Assembly (NCBI RefSeq): GCF_004010195.1
Contig: NC_057718.1
Coordinates: 95,854,354 to 95,918,353, forward strand
DNA length: 64,000 bases
Source of the DNA: Chiloscyllium plagiosum
Taxonomy: Eukaryota
Reading direction: 5' to 3'
The position numbers were made by a program, and so were the translations under genes. The notes below the pieces were generated by a model, which did not search any database, was not told where the DNA came from, and saw nothing but the letters and a program-made list of their open reading frames with translations. Position 1 is the first letter of the stretch. Each line of letters begins with the position of its first letter. Shown in pieces: positions 37,050 through 49,357 of this stretch.

Positions 37050-39236
37050 TTGATGTATCTCCATATGTGCCCATGTGTGTGCTGTTTAGAGAGGGAGAGA
37101 GGGAATGTTTTGTCTGTCATCTGGTGGAGATTTTCATCATGAGTGAGAAGTAGAGACTGCTACAGTGTCAAGAGAAAGGTTATGTAGATGAAGGCTGATC
37201 TTTACTTCAACCACATTCTGGGACTATTGACTAGACTGTGGTTTTTAAACCGGAAAATAGTTTAGGACAATGACTGTCTGGAATGTAAGTTGCACGTGGG
37301 GGTTTAGGTTATACGTGAACATTTTCCTGATTAGCGCAAGAGTCTGCAGGTAAACATCGTTTCGTCTGGGGTAATGTATTTTTCTTGCCCTCTCACATTC
37401 CCATTGCTGGTTCTTAGGCAAAACTTTAAGAACTTTCGGTAATCTCATTACCCACATGAGCTAACCTCAGGGTCTGGTTAGGTGAAGCCGCGCAATGGGC
37501 GCAAAATAGTGGATAGTGTTTCGCTTGGGGTTTTAATTACAGAGAATTATATTCAAGAAACTATAGAGGATGCCAGAGATCGGGCCACTTTCTTCGCTTC
37601 TGGGTTCAGATTAAAAGGCAGGAGTTCCACATAGAGATGGGATGAAAACATCTCAATTTGTGGTGAAGTTGAACAGCTTTGATTTTGAAGTTGAGAAACA
37701 TTTGTCCAGTCGGAGATTATAGAGTCATGGAACACAGAAAATGGCCCTTTGGCCCATCGCATCTGTGCCAGTCAAAACAACCACTTCACTAGTTAATCCC
37801 ATTTTCCAGCACTTGGCCCATTGCCACGGTGTTACAAATGCACACCTAAATGCTTCCGAAATATTGCCTTCTGATTTCCCACCATGGTGGCAAAGTAAAT
37901 GCTGGCGCAGGTATGAAACTTTCAGAATTATTTTTGTTAAGATTTATTTTATTCTGGCAATGTTTAGTTGCTTTATATACTTATGAAGGGCAATTAAATG
38001 TAGGAAGCATGGAGTGAAGAAGTTTACTCTCATAACAGCTACTCAGCATGTGCATAGGAGCTATGCTGTAATGATGTTCGATTTGCATGGAGCTGGAATT
38101 GGAGTCTGCAGGTTCCTTCTCCCTTGCCATTTCTTGTATATCACCATGTTCACCGAAGTCTGTTAATGCTCACCCACCTGAATATAGATCTGACATTACC
38201 ACAAGAAGTAACATTTGATCCATACTGGAATTTGCTACTCTAAGATTAGCTGGCTGCGAAGATTGTGAATGTGGTAAACATCAGATTCCCAAGACGTAGA
38301 TGTCAGTCACTGGGACAGACTTGGCTTTGCAAATGCTTCTATTTCTGGTACTCAAGCCAACCCTCCCCAGCACTCTCAGAAGGGCAATGCTCTCCTCCAT
38401 TACTCCATCCAATCCCCTTCATTCCATTTTTAAATAAAACAGCTTTTATAGTTGGCCCTTTGTCAGTTCCAACAGATGTTCTCTAATGCTTTCTTCTGTG
38501 ACCTCCCAAGCCGTATCCCACACAAACTTTGAAGCTTTCGTTTTTCCCGGGAATGTTCCATTTGACTATGACTCCTGGTTTCGCTAACTTTCACTTAGTC
38601 CTCAACTAATATCCGATACATTGCAGTCCATTGTTTTCACCCTATCTCAATCTGCGGCTTCTTCCAGTCCCACTTCTGATCAATGTTTTTCTCTTTTGAG
38701 TCTGATCTACTTTCTCCAATCCGCGATTGCTGGCAGAGCTTTCAAACTCTGCTGGCCTGACTCTTCCGAAAGCTTCCTGCTTTTGCAACCCCTTGCGACC
38801 TTTTTAAAATGTCTCCGGGAAACCTGACCCATTGATCCTTCAAGTTCTGGTCACCTGTGCAACTCTTCAATCTCCAGCCTTGTGTCTAGTCTTATTAGAT
38901 CCCAGTCTGGAGATGCCAGCTGTGATGCTGAGAATAATCGTGTCAGTGGGTTGCAGTAAGTTGGAGCTGTGACCTGTTTTGTTGAAAGGTGTGTTGTACA
39001 CTTATGTGTTTTTTTCCATCCACACAAAGCAGAGCTTTGTGTGTGAATAGATGTAACTCCATTACACACAAGACCATTACACTGTGAGTCTTACTGACAA
39101 TTCTAGTGTGGCTGTCAACATAATTCTCTGCACACTTTGAACTATGCAGCAAGTTTTGTCCAATTATCAAACCTTATTTGATGTAAGATACGGTGTGGTG
39201 TATTTTCTAAGCATAGGTTGGTTGGTTCTAGTCAGT

Positions 39237-39459
39237 TAGGAGAAAGTGAGGACTGCAGATGATGGAGACCAGAGTTGAAAAATGTCATGCTGGAAAAACA
39301 CAGCAGGCCAGGCAGCATCCGAGGAGCAGGAGAATCGATGTTTCGGGCATAAGCCCTTCTTCAGAAATCAAGAAGGGCTTATACCCGAAACATCCATTCT
39401 CCTGCTCACCGGATGCTGCCTGGCCTGCTGTGTTTTTCCAGCACGACATTTTTCAACTC
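39237..39459. mobile_element. PLE family A fold-back with 14-bp TSD
   Basis: TSD tggttctagtcagt at 39223-39236 and 39460-39473. Arms meet at cccttcttcagaaatcaagaaggg. Confidence 0.88.
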
Positions 39460-39679
39460 TGGTTCTAGTCAGTATCTGGTTTGTTGTAGACAGCTGGTTG
39501 ATTTACTGATCCATTTTACTGGGCAATACCTTGGCCAATCAGACTTAACCTGCTGGCTTTAAAATATTGACAAAGACTAATAGTTCACTGTCAATTATCA
39601 TTAACTGGTGCATTTTCCATGGCATTGCCTCTACCAGCCACCTGGGTGACCAATAAGCACTCTCTCTCTCACTCATAAA

Positions 39680-39817
39680 TTAAAAAATCCCACAACACCA
39701 GGTTATAGTCCAACAGTGCCGCTCTGAAAGTTAATTAAACCTGTTGGACTATAACCTGGTGATGTGTGATTTTTAACTTTGTACACTCCAGTCCATCACC
39801 GGCATCTCCAAATCACG
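39680..39817. mobile_element. PLE family C fold-back
   Basis: acaacaccaggttatagtccaacag / ctgttggactataacctggtg inverted arms. Confidence 0.8.
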
Positions 39818-39924
39818 TCTCTCGTAAATGTTGATTTGCCCTTGCAATGGTATTTATTTATTTATTTTTTCTTTCTTAACCCCCACACTCCCACCTAACT
39901 GCGGTAGCAATGGTATTTATATAA

Positions 39925-40128
39925 TTTGGAGATGCCGGTGTTGGACTGGGGTGTACAACATTAAAAATCACACAACACCAGGTTATAGTCCAACAGGTTT
40001 AATTGGAAGCACACTAGCTTTCGGAGCGTCGCTCCTTCATCAGGTGATAAGGAGCGTCGCTCTGAAAGCTAGTGTGCTTCCAATTAAACCTGTTGGACTA
40101 TAACCTGGTGTTGTGTGATTTTTAACTC
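39925..40128. mobile_element. PLE family C fold-back with intact minus-strand hammerhead (40015-40043)
   Basis: Near-perfect arms of about 75 bp. Reverse strand cac-CTGATGA-A-GGAGC-GAC-GCTCC-GAAA-GC-TA-gtg. TSD gtatttatat. Confidence 0.85.
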
Positions 40129-40249
40129 TGTATTTATATGAGTTATCCTGATGACTGCAAGATGAACAACTTTGACAACATGGGCCTTTTTATTGGCCAT
40201 ACTGAGCATTCATTTTGTTGTGAATTTAAATACTACCATGTGAACATGA

Positions 40250-40778
40250 GCAGCACAGTGACTCAGTGGTTAACACTGCTGCCTGAGCACCAGGGAACCA
40301 GGTTTGATTTCACTCTTGGGCAACTGCCTATGTGGAGTTTGCACATTCTCCCTAAGTCTGCTTGAGTTTCCTCCAGCTGCTCAGGTTTCCTTCCACAGCT
40401 GAAAAAGCGCAGCATCCGAGGAGCAGGTGAATCGACGTTTCGGTCATAATCCCTTCTTCAGCATCTGCAGTCCTCACTTTCTCCTCATTGATCTTAACCT
40501 ACTGCAAATCCTCTTGCAAGGATGCCTACCTTGAAGCAGCTCTCGTCCTCCCTCTAGTCTCCAGCATCTGCAGTCCTCACTTTCTCCTAGTTTCCTTCCA
40601 CAGTCCCAAGGTCTGCTGTTTAGATGGATTGACCATGGTCAATTGCCCATAGTGTCCAGGGATGTACAGGCTTGGTGGATTAGCCATGGGAAATGCAGAG
40701 TTACAGGGGTAGGGGGTTGGATCTGGAGGGAATGCTCTTTTGAGAGTTGTTGTGAACAGCCTACCGCCACACTGTATG
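40250..40778 (+). mobile_element. HE1-like V-SINE interrupted by a PLE insertion at 40399-40589
   Basis: SINE head and V-domain. TSD gtttccttccacag at 40385-40398 and 40590-40603 flanks the PLE family A pieces. Confidence 0.82.
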
Positions 40779-41789
40779 AACATCAGGAAAATTTGAAATC
40801 ATTTCTGTCAGGTCTTCCAAGGTACACCTGTCGATAGAGGCATCTACCTTCTTACACTACCTGAGCATTTACGTAGCTTGAGAAATATTCTCACGGAAGA
40901 CCAGAGAGTGAGACTAATGGCCTCATGGATCATGCTGTAAAGGATGCCCAGAGAATTGAATCACTAAAAGCTTCAAGGGGGAAAAAAACCTATTTGTACA
41001 TCTCATCCGCCATGAAACTAGCAAAATATGTAAATCTAATGACTGTGAACATTGTCTCTTCACAATGAATCTTATTCCAAGGAGGAATACTAGGAACATG
41101 ACAAACCACCAAATTTCATTGCCAGTAAAAGAATATACGACACTAGAATAAAAAGATGTTTGATTTCAATGTCAAAGTGTTAGGAATAGGACTAGGAATA
41201 TCAAGAAAATAAAGTTTTATTTACAGCAGTTCAGACAATGGGGTATGATCAACTTGAAACTGGTGTTGAGAGAGAAATTGACTTGGAATATTCCTGTCTG
41301 TGTGATTAGATTTTAAATACTAAATATTTGAGATGTTTCCAATGTTTAACAGCTGGGAATTGTAAACCCAGCAAAACTCTCATCATTAACATTGTGAAAC
41401 CAGAAGTCAGGAATAAACAAGCACATGGACTGAAAGATCTATGATCATTATGATTACTCAGACATTTTATTGATCAGAAACACAGACTCTTATGGGTGGA
41501 AATCCAAAATGATGTTCGAAAATCCCAACTTGAGCAATCCCTTGTTTCTATCTCCTAACCCCTGTGTCCCATCACTGTAGGCATCTCTCCCCACCCTCCC
41601 CCCACAATCCCTGCTTCCCTGCACAGGGAATCCTGACAGGATCACAGTCTTCATGGCAGAGAGGAATGCACCAGAAATCAACAGCTTTTTGTCTGAATTC
41701 AATAACAAATTCTGTCAATGTTATATTTGGGCTCGCCATTGACCTCCGTGGCATTGGTGGTGGAGAGTTGAGTCAGCACAGACCTGAGG

Positions 41790-43548
41790 GACTCCTGGCC
41801 TTGAAAAAGCCCAGTGGGGATGGATTCAGATGGACACTCAGCCTTAAGGTGAATCCCAGCACAGAGTCCCGGCCTTGAGGTGAGGCCCAGGGTGGGCTCC
41901 CGGCCTTGAGGAGAAGCCCAGGGTGGGTTCCCGGCCTTGAGGAGAAGCCCAGAGTGGGCTCCCGGCCTTGAGGTGAAGCCCAGGTTGGGCTCCTGGTCTT
42001 GAGGAGAAGCCCAGGGTGGGCTCCCGGCCTTGAGGAGAAACCCAGGGTGGGCTCCTGGCGTTGAGGTGAAGCCCAAGGTGGACTCCCAGCCTTGAGGTGA
42101 AGCCCAGGGTGGACTCCCAGCCTTGAGGTGAAGACTAGGGTGGACTCCCGGTCTTGAAGTGAAGACCAGGGTAGACTCCCAGCCTTGAAGAGAAGCCCAA
42201 GGTGGGCTCCTGGCCTTGAGGAGAAACCCAGGGTGGGCTCCTGGCATTGAAGAGAAGTCCAGGGTGGACTCCTGGCCTTGAGGTGAAGCCCAGGGTGGGC
42301 TCCTGGCCTTGAGGAGAATCCCAGGGTGAACTCCTGGCCTTGAGGAGAATCCCAGGGTGGGCTCCTGGCCTTGAAGTGAAGCCCAGGGTATACTCCCGGC
42401 CTTGAGGAGAATCCCAGGGTGAACTCCCAGCTTTTAGGTGAACCTTGAGTTGGACTCCGACTTGAGGTGAAGCCCAGGGTGGACTCCCAGCCTTGAGGTG
42501 AAGACTAGGGTGGACTCCCGGCCTTGAGGTGAAGACCAGGGTAGACTCCCAGCCTTGAAGAGAAGCCCAGGGTGGGCTCCTGGCCTTGAGGAGAAACCCA
42601 GGGTGGGCTCCTGGCGTTGAAGAGAAGCCCAGGGTGGACTCCCGGCCTTGAGGTGAAGTCCAGGGTGGACTCCTGGCCTTGAGGAGAATCCCAGGGTGAA
42701 CTCCTGGCCTTGAGGAGAATCCCAGGGTGAACTCCCAGCCTTGAGGAGAATCCCAGGGTGGGCTCCCAGCTTTTAGGTGAACCTTGAGTTGGACTCCGAC
42801 ATTGAGGAAGCCGAGTGCAGCTCCCCAGCCTCGATGTGAAGCCCACTGTGGACACCGTTTTGAGGAAGCCCAAGGCCGACTCCCAGCCTTGTGGAAGCCC
42901 AAGATGGAGTCCTAGCCTTGACGAGGCCCAGCGTGGACTCCCACCTTGAGGTGAGGCCCAGTGTGGAGTCCTGGTCTTAAGGAACCCAGGGTGGACTCCC
43001 GGCCTTGAGGATGTCCAGTGCAGAGACCCAGCCTTGAGGAAACCCAGTGCGGATTCCTGGCATTGAGGTGAAGCCCAGCACAGACTCCTGCCCTGGGGAA
43101 GCCCAGGGTGGACTCTTAGCCTTGAGGAAACCCAGCATGGACTCCCAGCCTTGAGGAAACCCAGCGCGGACTCCTGGCCTTGAGGACATCCAGTGGAGAG
43201 TCCCAGCCTTGAGGAAACCCAATGCGGATTACTGGCCTTGAGGTGAAGCCTAGCACAGACTCCTGCCCTGGGGAAGCCCAGGGTGGACTCCTAGCCTTGA
43301 GGAAACCCAGCATGGAATTCCGGCCTTGTGGAAACCCAGCATGGACTCCCAGCCTTGAGGAAGCCCATCATAGACTCCCAGCCTTGAGGAAACCCAGCAT
43401 GGACTCCCAGCCTTGAGGAAACCCATAATGGACTCCCAGCCTTGAGGAAACCCAGCATGGACTCCCAGCCTTGAGGAAACCCATAATGGACTCCCAGCCT
43501 TGAGGAAACCCAGCGTTGAATCCTGGTCTTGATGAAGCCCAGTGGGGT
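41790..43548. repeat. GC-rich minisatellite, 31-bp then 29-bp unit, with higher-order repeats
   Basis: Units ccttgaggwgaagcccagggtggrctccygg (31 bp) and ccttgaggaaacccagcatggactcccag (29 bp), about 55-60 copies with no spacers. Confidence 0.95.
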
Positions 43549-43854
43549 CTCGATGTAATGCTGAACCTTTCCCTCTGTTTATTTATGTTTCTAATTCATA
43601 CCTAAGATTTTGTAGTGAGGTATCTTTGTACCTAGCTTTATGAAGAATGCAATGGTGATCTTTTAACTTTAATTTTTCATTTTCCTAATTTAGACCGACT
43701 GTTTGGTGTTGGCATAACCACAACGCTGTTTGGGAGCGTGTTCCAGGAACCCTGGTTTAGGAACGATGAAGGAATAGCCATGAGGTGTGAATTGGAAAGG
43801 AACCTGGGGTGATGGTGGCATTCCAATTTGGCACAAATGTTCCTTGAAAGAGTC

Positions 43855-44354
43855 NNNNNNNNNNNNNNNNNNNNNNNNNNNNNNNNNNNNNNNNNNNNNN
43901 NNNNNNNNNNNNNNNNNNNNNNNNNNNNNNNNNNNNNNNNNNNNNNNNNNNNNNNNNNNNNNNNNNNNNNNNNNNNNNNNNNNNNNNNNNNNNNNNNNNN
44001 NNNNNNNNNNNNNNNNNNNNNNNNNNNNNNNNNNNNNNNNNNNNNNNNNNNNNNNNNNNNNNNNNNNNNNNNNNNNNNNNNNNNNNNNNNNNNNNNNNNN
44101 NNNNNNNNNNNNNNNNNNNNNNNNNNNNNNNNNNNNNNNNNNNNNNNNNNNNNNNNNNNNNNNNNNNNNNNNNNNNNNNNNNNNNNNNNNNNNNNNNNNN
44201 NNNNNNNNNNNNNNNNNNNNNNNNNNNNNNNNNNNNNNNNNNNNNNNNNNNNNNNNNNNNNNNNNNNNNNNNNNNNNNNNNNNNNNNNNNNNNNNNNNNN
44301 NNNNNNNNNNNNNNNNNNNNNNNNNNNNNNNNNNNNNNNNNNNNNNNNNNNNNN
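43855..44354. other. Assembly gap
   Basis: Run of N. Other gaps lie at 14270-14282 and 59490-60327. Confidence 1.
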
Positions 44355-45218
44355 GTTCCCCGAAACGTTCCGCAAGTAGGTGGCCTGTCTCCCCAATGTA
44401 CAAGAGACCACATTGGGTGCAGCGGATACAGTAAATGATGTGTGTGGAGGTGCAGGTGAATTTGCGACAGATATGGAAGTATCCATTGGGGCCTTGGAGG
44501 GAGGTGAGGGGGGAGGTGTGCGCACAAGTTTTGCACTTCTTGCGGTTGTAGGGGAAGGTGCCGGGAGTGGAGTTTGCGTTGGTGGGGGGTGTGGACCTGA
44601 TGAGGGAGTCGTGGAGGGAGTGGTCTCTTCAGAACGCTGATAGGGGTGGGGAGGGAAATATATCCTGTGTGGTTTTAGGGTCCAAGGCGGAAGACGAGGC
44701 ATCCTTCCTCCAGGCGTCGGGTAGTTAGGGTTTGGCGATGGAGAGTCCCAGGACTTGCAAGTCCTTGGTGGAGTGGAAGGGGGAGTTAAAGTTAGAGGAA
44801 GAATGCCTCATCTTCTACCATGGGACCCTGCACTCCCATGAGATCAATGTGGATGTCACCACTTTCCTTATTTCCCATCCCCCCCACCTTAGCCCAGTCC
44901 CAAGCTTCCAACTCGGCACTGCCCTGTTGACCTGTCCATCTTCCTTCTCACCTATCCACTCCACCCTCCTCTCCGACCTATCACATTCTCCCCCCACACT
45001 TCATCTACCTTCTGCATTCCCACCTACCTTGCCCCCGATGCCCCAACCCCTCCCATTTATCTCTCTGCACCCCAGCCCCCAAGCCTCATTCCTAATGAAG
45101 GGCTTATGCCCAAAATATGGATTATCCTGCTCCTCAGATGCTGCCTGACCTGCTGTGCTTTTCCAGCAACACACTCTTGACTCTGATCTCCAGCATCTGC
45201 AGTTCTCACTTTCTCCTT
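44355..45218. mobile_element. PLE family A inverted structure: minus GIY-YIG arm 44355-44790, plus terminal arm 44790-45218
   Basis: Minus strand YIGETGHLLAERF and cacatcatttactgtatccgctgc. Plus arm ends cctaatgaagggcttatgcccaaaat...ctcactttctcc. Confidence 0.85.
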
Positions 45219-45754
45219 TTGGGTCCTGAACCATGAAATGGGGGTAAGTTCTACCTCCCTCCTCTGTCTTGGCTCCCATACAAAGGATGTGCATGCAATC
45301 TTGAAATGAATGGTTGCTGATACCCTTGAACCATCTTTAATGTGAGTGACTATCTTCAGGGAAGTGGAGGTATTAGCAAATAAAAATTGCAAGAAAGACT
45401 GGTAGACAGATATCCCAACTTGAAATGTGTCCAGTTATTATATCTTTCCTTCTATCTCCCTTGTTTTCCTTGCTTCAGGCACTCATGTTTTTGGCTGGGA
45501 TTTTGCAGTTCATGTTTCAGCAATGGCTCTTTCTCCTGAAGACAAGGAAGGCGGCCTGTAAAGGTTTTACAATCTCTATAATATGGATTTCCTTTTTCTG
45601 AACCTGGGGAGGTTCAAAGGGGAAAAGGGATTTCCAGGCATTCGACAAGATTGATGCATTAATACAGAGCCACAGCCAATCAGTTTCTCGGATTCTCTCA
45701 GGGGGTCCAACACATTGTCTTGGATCTCATTTACCATCCCCTGAGAATAAAAAA

Positions 45755-45970
45755 AAACAGGGAATGGCATCACCACAGGAAATGACACCACCAACCTAAG
45801 GAAGCCTAAACACATAAATAGAAAGGGGCCACACCACCAGCGCTTCATCCAGAGGCTCACTGTTACCTAGTATGGTGACGAAACATCTGAAAATGAACCT
45901 TCCAGCTCAGCGAGCAAACCTACATTCAGAACCTCAACCTGAGCTACAAATCTTCTCAAAGCTCGCTAAC
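45755..45970 (+). mobile_element. PLE family D terminus with a deleted hammerhead core
   Basis: ggctcactg-ttacctagtatggtgac-gaaacatc-tga retains helix II, GAAA and helix I but has no complete CUGANGA. Confidence 0.55.
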
Positions 45971-47007
45971 AATTATAGAAGTTAGCATAACATAAAATCT
46001 TGACATTTTACAAATATGATGCAGTTTTTCAGGGCCAGAGATAGTTTTCATAAGTAATTATGAATATAGACCACCATTGAAATGTCAGTTGTTCAGTTAG
46101 AAAGGTATAATTTTTGAAGAGTTCTACAGCAAGGTTAACAGTGCAAAAGTGCAAAGGTTAATTCAATGAGGAAGATGGAAGTGTTTCAAGGCAAAAAAAT
46201 GGAGAGTCTTTTGAAGGTGGGAAAAGAACTAATCAGGTAAAGGAATTTGTGTTCAGAGAGTACTGTAACATGGGACAATTCACTTCCAGGATTAGGGATT
46301 GAGGCAAACACTTTGGGGAACTTTGACTAAAGATCCTCAGAGGGAGAGAGTCCCACTTCTCCTCTGGTCATATCAAAACTCACATTCAATCGGACTGATG
46401 GTAAGGCCAATTCTGCAGGTTTCAGACTTTATCTTGGTCAGTGAAAGAAAGAAGATAATGAGGTTTATTTAGTCAAGAAAGAATAACACATTTATCATAT
46501 ATAATAATTATTCAAACAGACATGCAAGGGTTATTGACATAAAAAAGATTGAGGCTGTGCAAGGATAGATATGATTTATATTATATCTTCCCAAATGCAG
46601 AAAAATATTAGCAAGAAAGCCTACATGAAACAGAAAGTGCAATCAAATAGATTTCTCAGAAATTCCATTCCCTCTCACAGTGTTAAAGACACCGTGGGTC
46701 ACAAAATCTCATTAACACTTCACAAGGGTTAATGAGTGTTTAATTTTTAACTTGGCCTTGGAAGTCCTTAAATAATCACTCCATCAAGGACTGCACATGT
46801 TCTGGTGGCCCACCTTGTTTGCCTGGGACAATGTTCTTCTGAATTCTTAGAAAGTGCACTTTAGCACTTAATCACAGTCACTACTCCAGTTTTTCTCAAA
46901 TAGTGAGCTTCTCCAAGCCAATTTGAGTTTTTTTTCTTGACCTCCAATTTGACTCAGTTGGGTAAAGCAAATACTGCACTGTGGACGTACAACCCCCATT
47001 ATTTACT

Positions 47008-48008
47008 AGATTAGATTAGATTCCCTACAGTGTGGGAACAGGCCCTTCGGCCCAACAAATCCAAACTGGCCCTCCAAAGAGCAACCAACCCAGACCCATT
47101 CCCCTACATTTACCCCTGACTAATGCACCTAAACCTACGGGCAATTTAGCATGGTCAATTCACCTAACCTGCACATCTTTGGAGTGTGGGAGGAAACCGG
47201 AGCACCCAGAGGAAACCCACGCTGACACAGGGAGAATGTGCAAACCTCACACAGACAGTCGCCTGAGGCTGAGAATTATCTTTGAAGTTTATCTTTGAAA
47301 GTTGCCACCCAGGTAAATAGTGCAGTGAAGAAGGCATATGGCGTACTGGCTTTTATTGGTAGAGGAATTGAGTTCCGGAGTACTGCGGTCATGGTGCAGT
47401 TGTATAAGACTCTGATGCGGCCGCATCTGGAGTATTGTGTGCAGTTTTGGTCGCCATACTATAGAAAGGATGTGGAGGCACTGGAACGGGTGCAGAGGAG
47501 GTTTACCAGAATGTTGCCTGGTATGGTAGAAAGATCGTATGAGGAAAGGCTGAGGCACTTGGGGTTGTTTTCATTGGAGAAAACAAGGTTTAGGGGTGAC
47601 TTGATAGAGGTGTACAAGATGATTACGGGTTTAGATAGGGTCGACAGTGAGAATCTTTTCCCACGTATGGAGTCAGCTATTACAAGGGGCATAACTTTAA
47701 ATTAAAGGGGGGATAGGTATAGGACAGATGTTAGGGGTAGATTCTTTACTCAGCGAGACGTGAGTCCATGGAATGCCCTGCCAGTAGCAGTGGTGGACCC
47801 TCCCTCTTTATGGGCATTTAAACGGGCATTGGATAGGCATATGGAGGATAGTGGGCTAGTGTAGGTTAGGTGGGCTTGGATCGGTGCAACGTCGAGGGCC
47901 GAAGGGCCTGTACTGCGCTGTATTCTTCTATGTTCTATGTTCTATGTAACTGAACTTAGGGCCCTGGTGCTGTGAGGCAGTAGTGCTAACCACTGAGCCA
48001 TCGTGCCT
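47008..48008 (-). mobile_element. HE1-like V-SINE split by a CR1 insertion (body 47008-47276, head 47950-48008)
   Basis: Tail tagattagatt...cgcctgaggctg; head ccctggtgctgtgaggcagtagtgctaaccactgagcc. Confidence 0.82.
47290..47946 (+). mobile_element. Young CR1 3' portion with (TTCTATG)n tail
   Basis: ORF 47295..47705 KVATQVNSAVKKAYGVLAFIGRGIEFRS...RPHLEYCVQFWSPYYRKD. Confidence 0.93.
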
Positions 48009-48094
48009 GATCTAATTGGGCAATGGCTTCTTCTCAGCCTGACACAGCTCCTATGATTTCCCTGAGCCCTCACTACGTAGAACACATCATTCAG

Positions 48095-48396
48095 TTGCCT
48101 TCTGTCAGAAAGAAGATACAGATGTTTGAACACATGCACCAACAAGTTCAAGAACAGCTTCTTCCCTGCCGTTATTGGACTGATGAATATACCTTTCTAA
48201 CTTCAAATACTGTTAATCTTGCTAATGTTAATCTTGTTTTATGCACCTGCTGTCCATCCATAACCCTGCATGCCTCATTGTGTCTGAGCACCCATTGATC
48301 TGTATGGTCCTTGTTTGCTATGATCTGCCTGCGCTGCTCACAAAACAAACCCTTTCACTGTACTTAGATACATATGACTACAATAAATCAAATCAA
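48095..48396 (+). mobile_element. Rex1/Babar 3' end
   Basis: gaagatacagatgtttgaacacatgcaccaacaagttcaagaacagcttcttc...caataaatcaaatcaa. Confidence 0.78.
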
Positions 48397-48793
48397 GCTA
48401 TTAATTCTGTTTTATTTTCAAGCCCTTCTCAGCTCCTAGGACTTCCCTGATCCCTCACTACATTGAGTTTTTCAACTACTGTTCACACAGAATCCATTTT
48501 GTTCAGTTACCTTTAGCCATACACTAACAACAGCCAGGTCTGCTTCTCTCTCTCTTACCCTGCCTTTTTCTCTGTGATCCCAGACTGCTCTTTAGTGAAC
48601 ACTGAACTTTCCTGAGTGACATTTTGAAATACTTGCAACAAATTTGTTTGGCAGTGTGAAGGTAACTAATGTTTTCGAACAGTCAAATGCAACATCCCTG
48701 AGAGCTTTCCATTCCTTAAATGTTTCACATTTATGTTTCACAGAAGGTTGTTTTGCAACACAAATTGCATACAACAGAATAAAAGCAGGAATT

Positions 48794-49201
48794 CCAACTG
48801 CCTGTCCCTCTTCCGCGGTTACGTTAGAGCCCGGGTGTCCTTGGAGAAGGAGCACGCGGTGTCCACCAACACCTTGGGGTTGTTCAGGGAGAGGTGGGCG
48901 CCGCAGGGAGTGGAGTGCATCATTTCCCCCTCCAACTCCATTTTGATTTAGTCCCTACCCTCCCCTTCACTGTTTTGATCACACAGCACTGCCCTCTGAT
49001 GTGAAGGGCAGTGTTTGTCACTGGCCACCCGGGTGTTTTCCTATCTTCCTGGTGGTGGAATTTGAATAAAGATTCGTGCGCTTTGTGTCTTTCACTGTGT
49101 CTCACACCTGCACACACACACCATGGGTGCTGGGGAAAAAATAAGCACTACCGCACTTAGGTGGTAGTGTGGGGGTTAATATAAAAAAAAACATAAAATA
49201 A
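48794..49201 (+). mobile_element. Tx1-like LINE 3' end with about 16-bp TSD
   Basis: CLSLFRGYVRARVSLEKEHAVSTNTLGLFRERWAPQGVECII*, A-rich tail, TSD aataaaagcag(g/a)aatt at 48778-48793 and 49202-49217. CpG-rich, so young. Confidence 0.75.
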
Positions 49202-49357
49202 AATAAAAGCAGAAATTTGTCATAATGGAGCGGCTCAATTTGCTGCCAATTTTAATTCTTAGCGTCTGAGGTCAGAAAAAGATGATGCACCAATCAGACT
49301 TGGGCAAATGCCTCATAAACCAATAAACATCAGCTATTCTATGCTGTCAATGGCACC

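Noticed and set aside
41699..42902. ORFs of 182 aa and 255 aa on the minus strand
   Set aside because: They are periodic translations of the stop-poor minisatellite strand, with no splice or coding evidence.
41790..43548. CRISPR-like array of about 30-bp repeats
   Set aside because: Units are directly adjacent with no unique spacers, there are no cas genes, and the context is vertebrate. It is a minisatellite.
43677..44702. Long ORFs spanning 43855-44354 (likewise 59330-60647)
   Set aside because: Artefacts of N runs.
46265..47005. Possible second solo LTR beginning tgtaaca
   Set aside because: No matching CA terminus or TSD could be identified.
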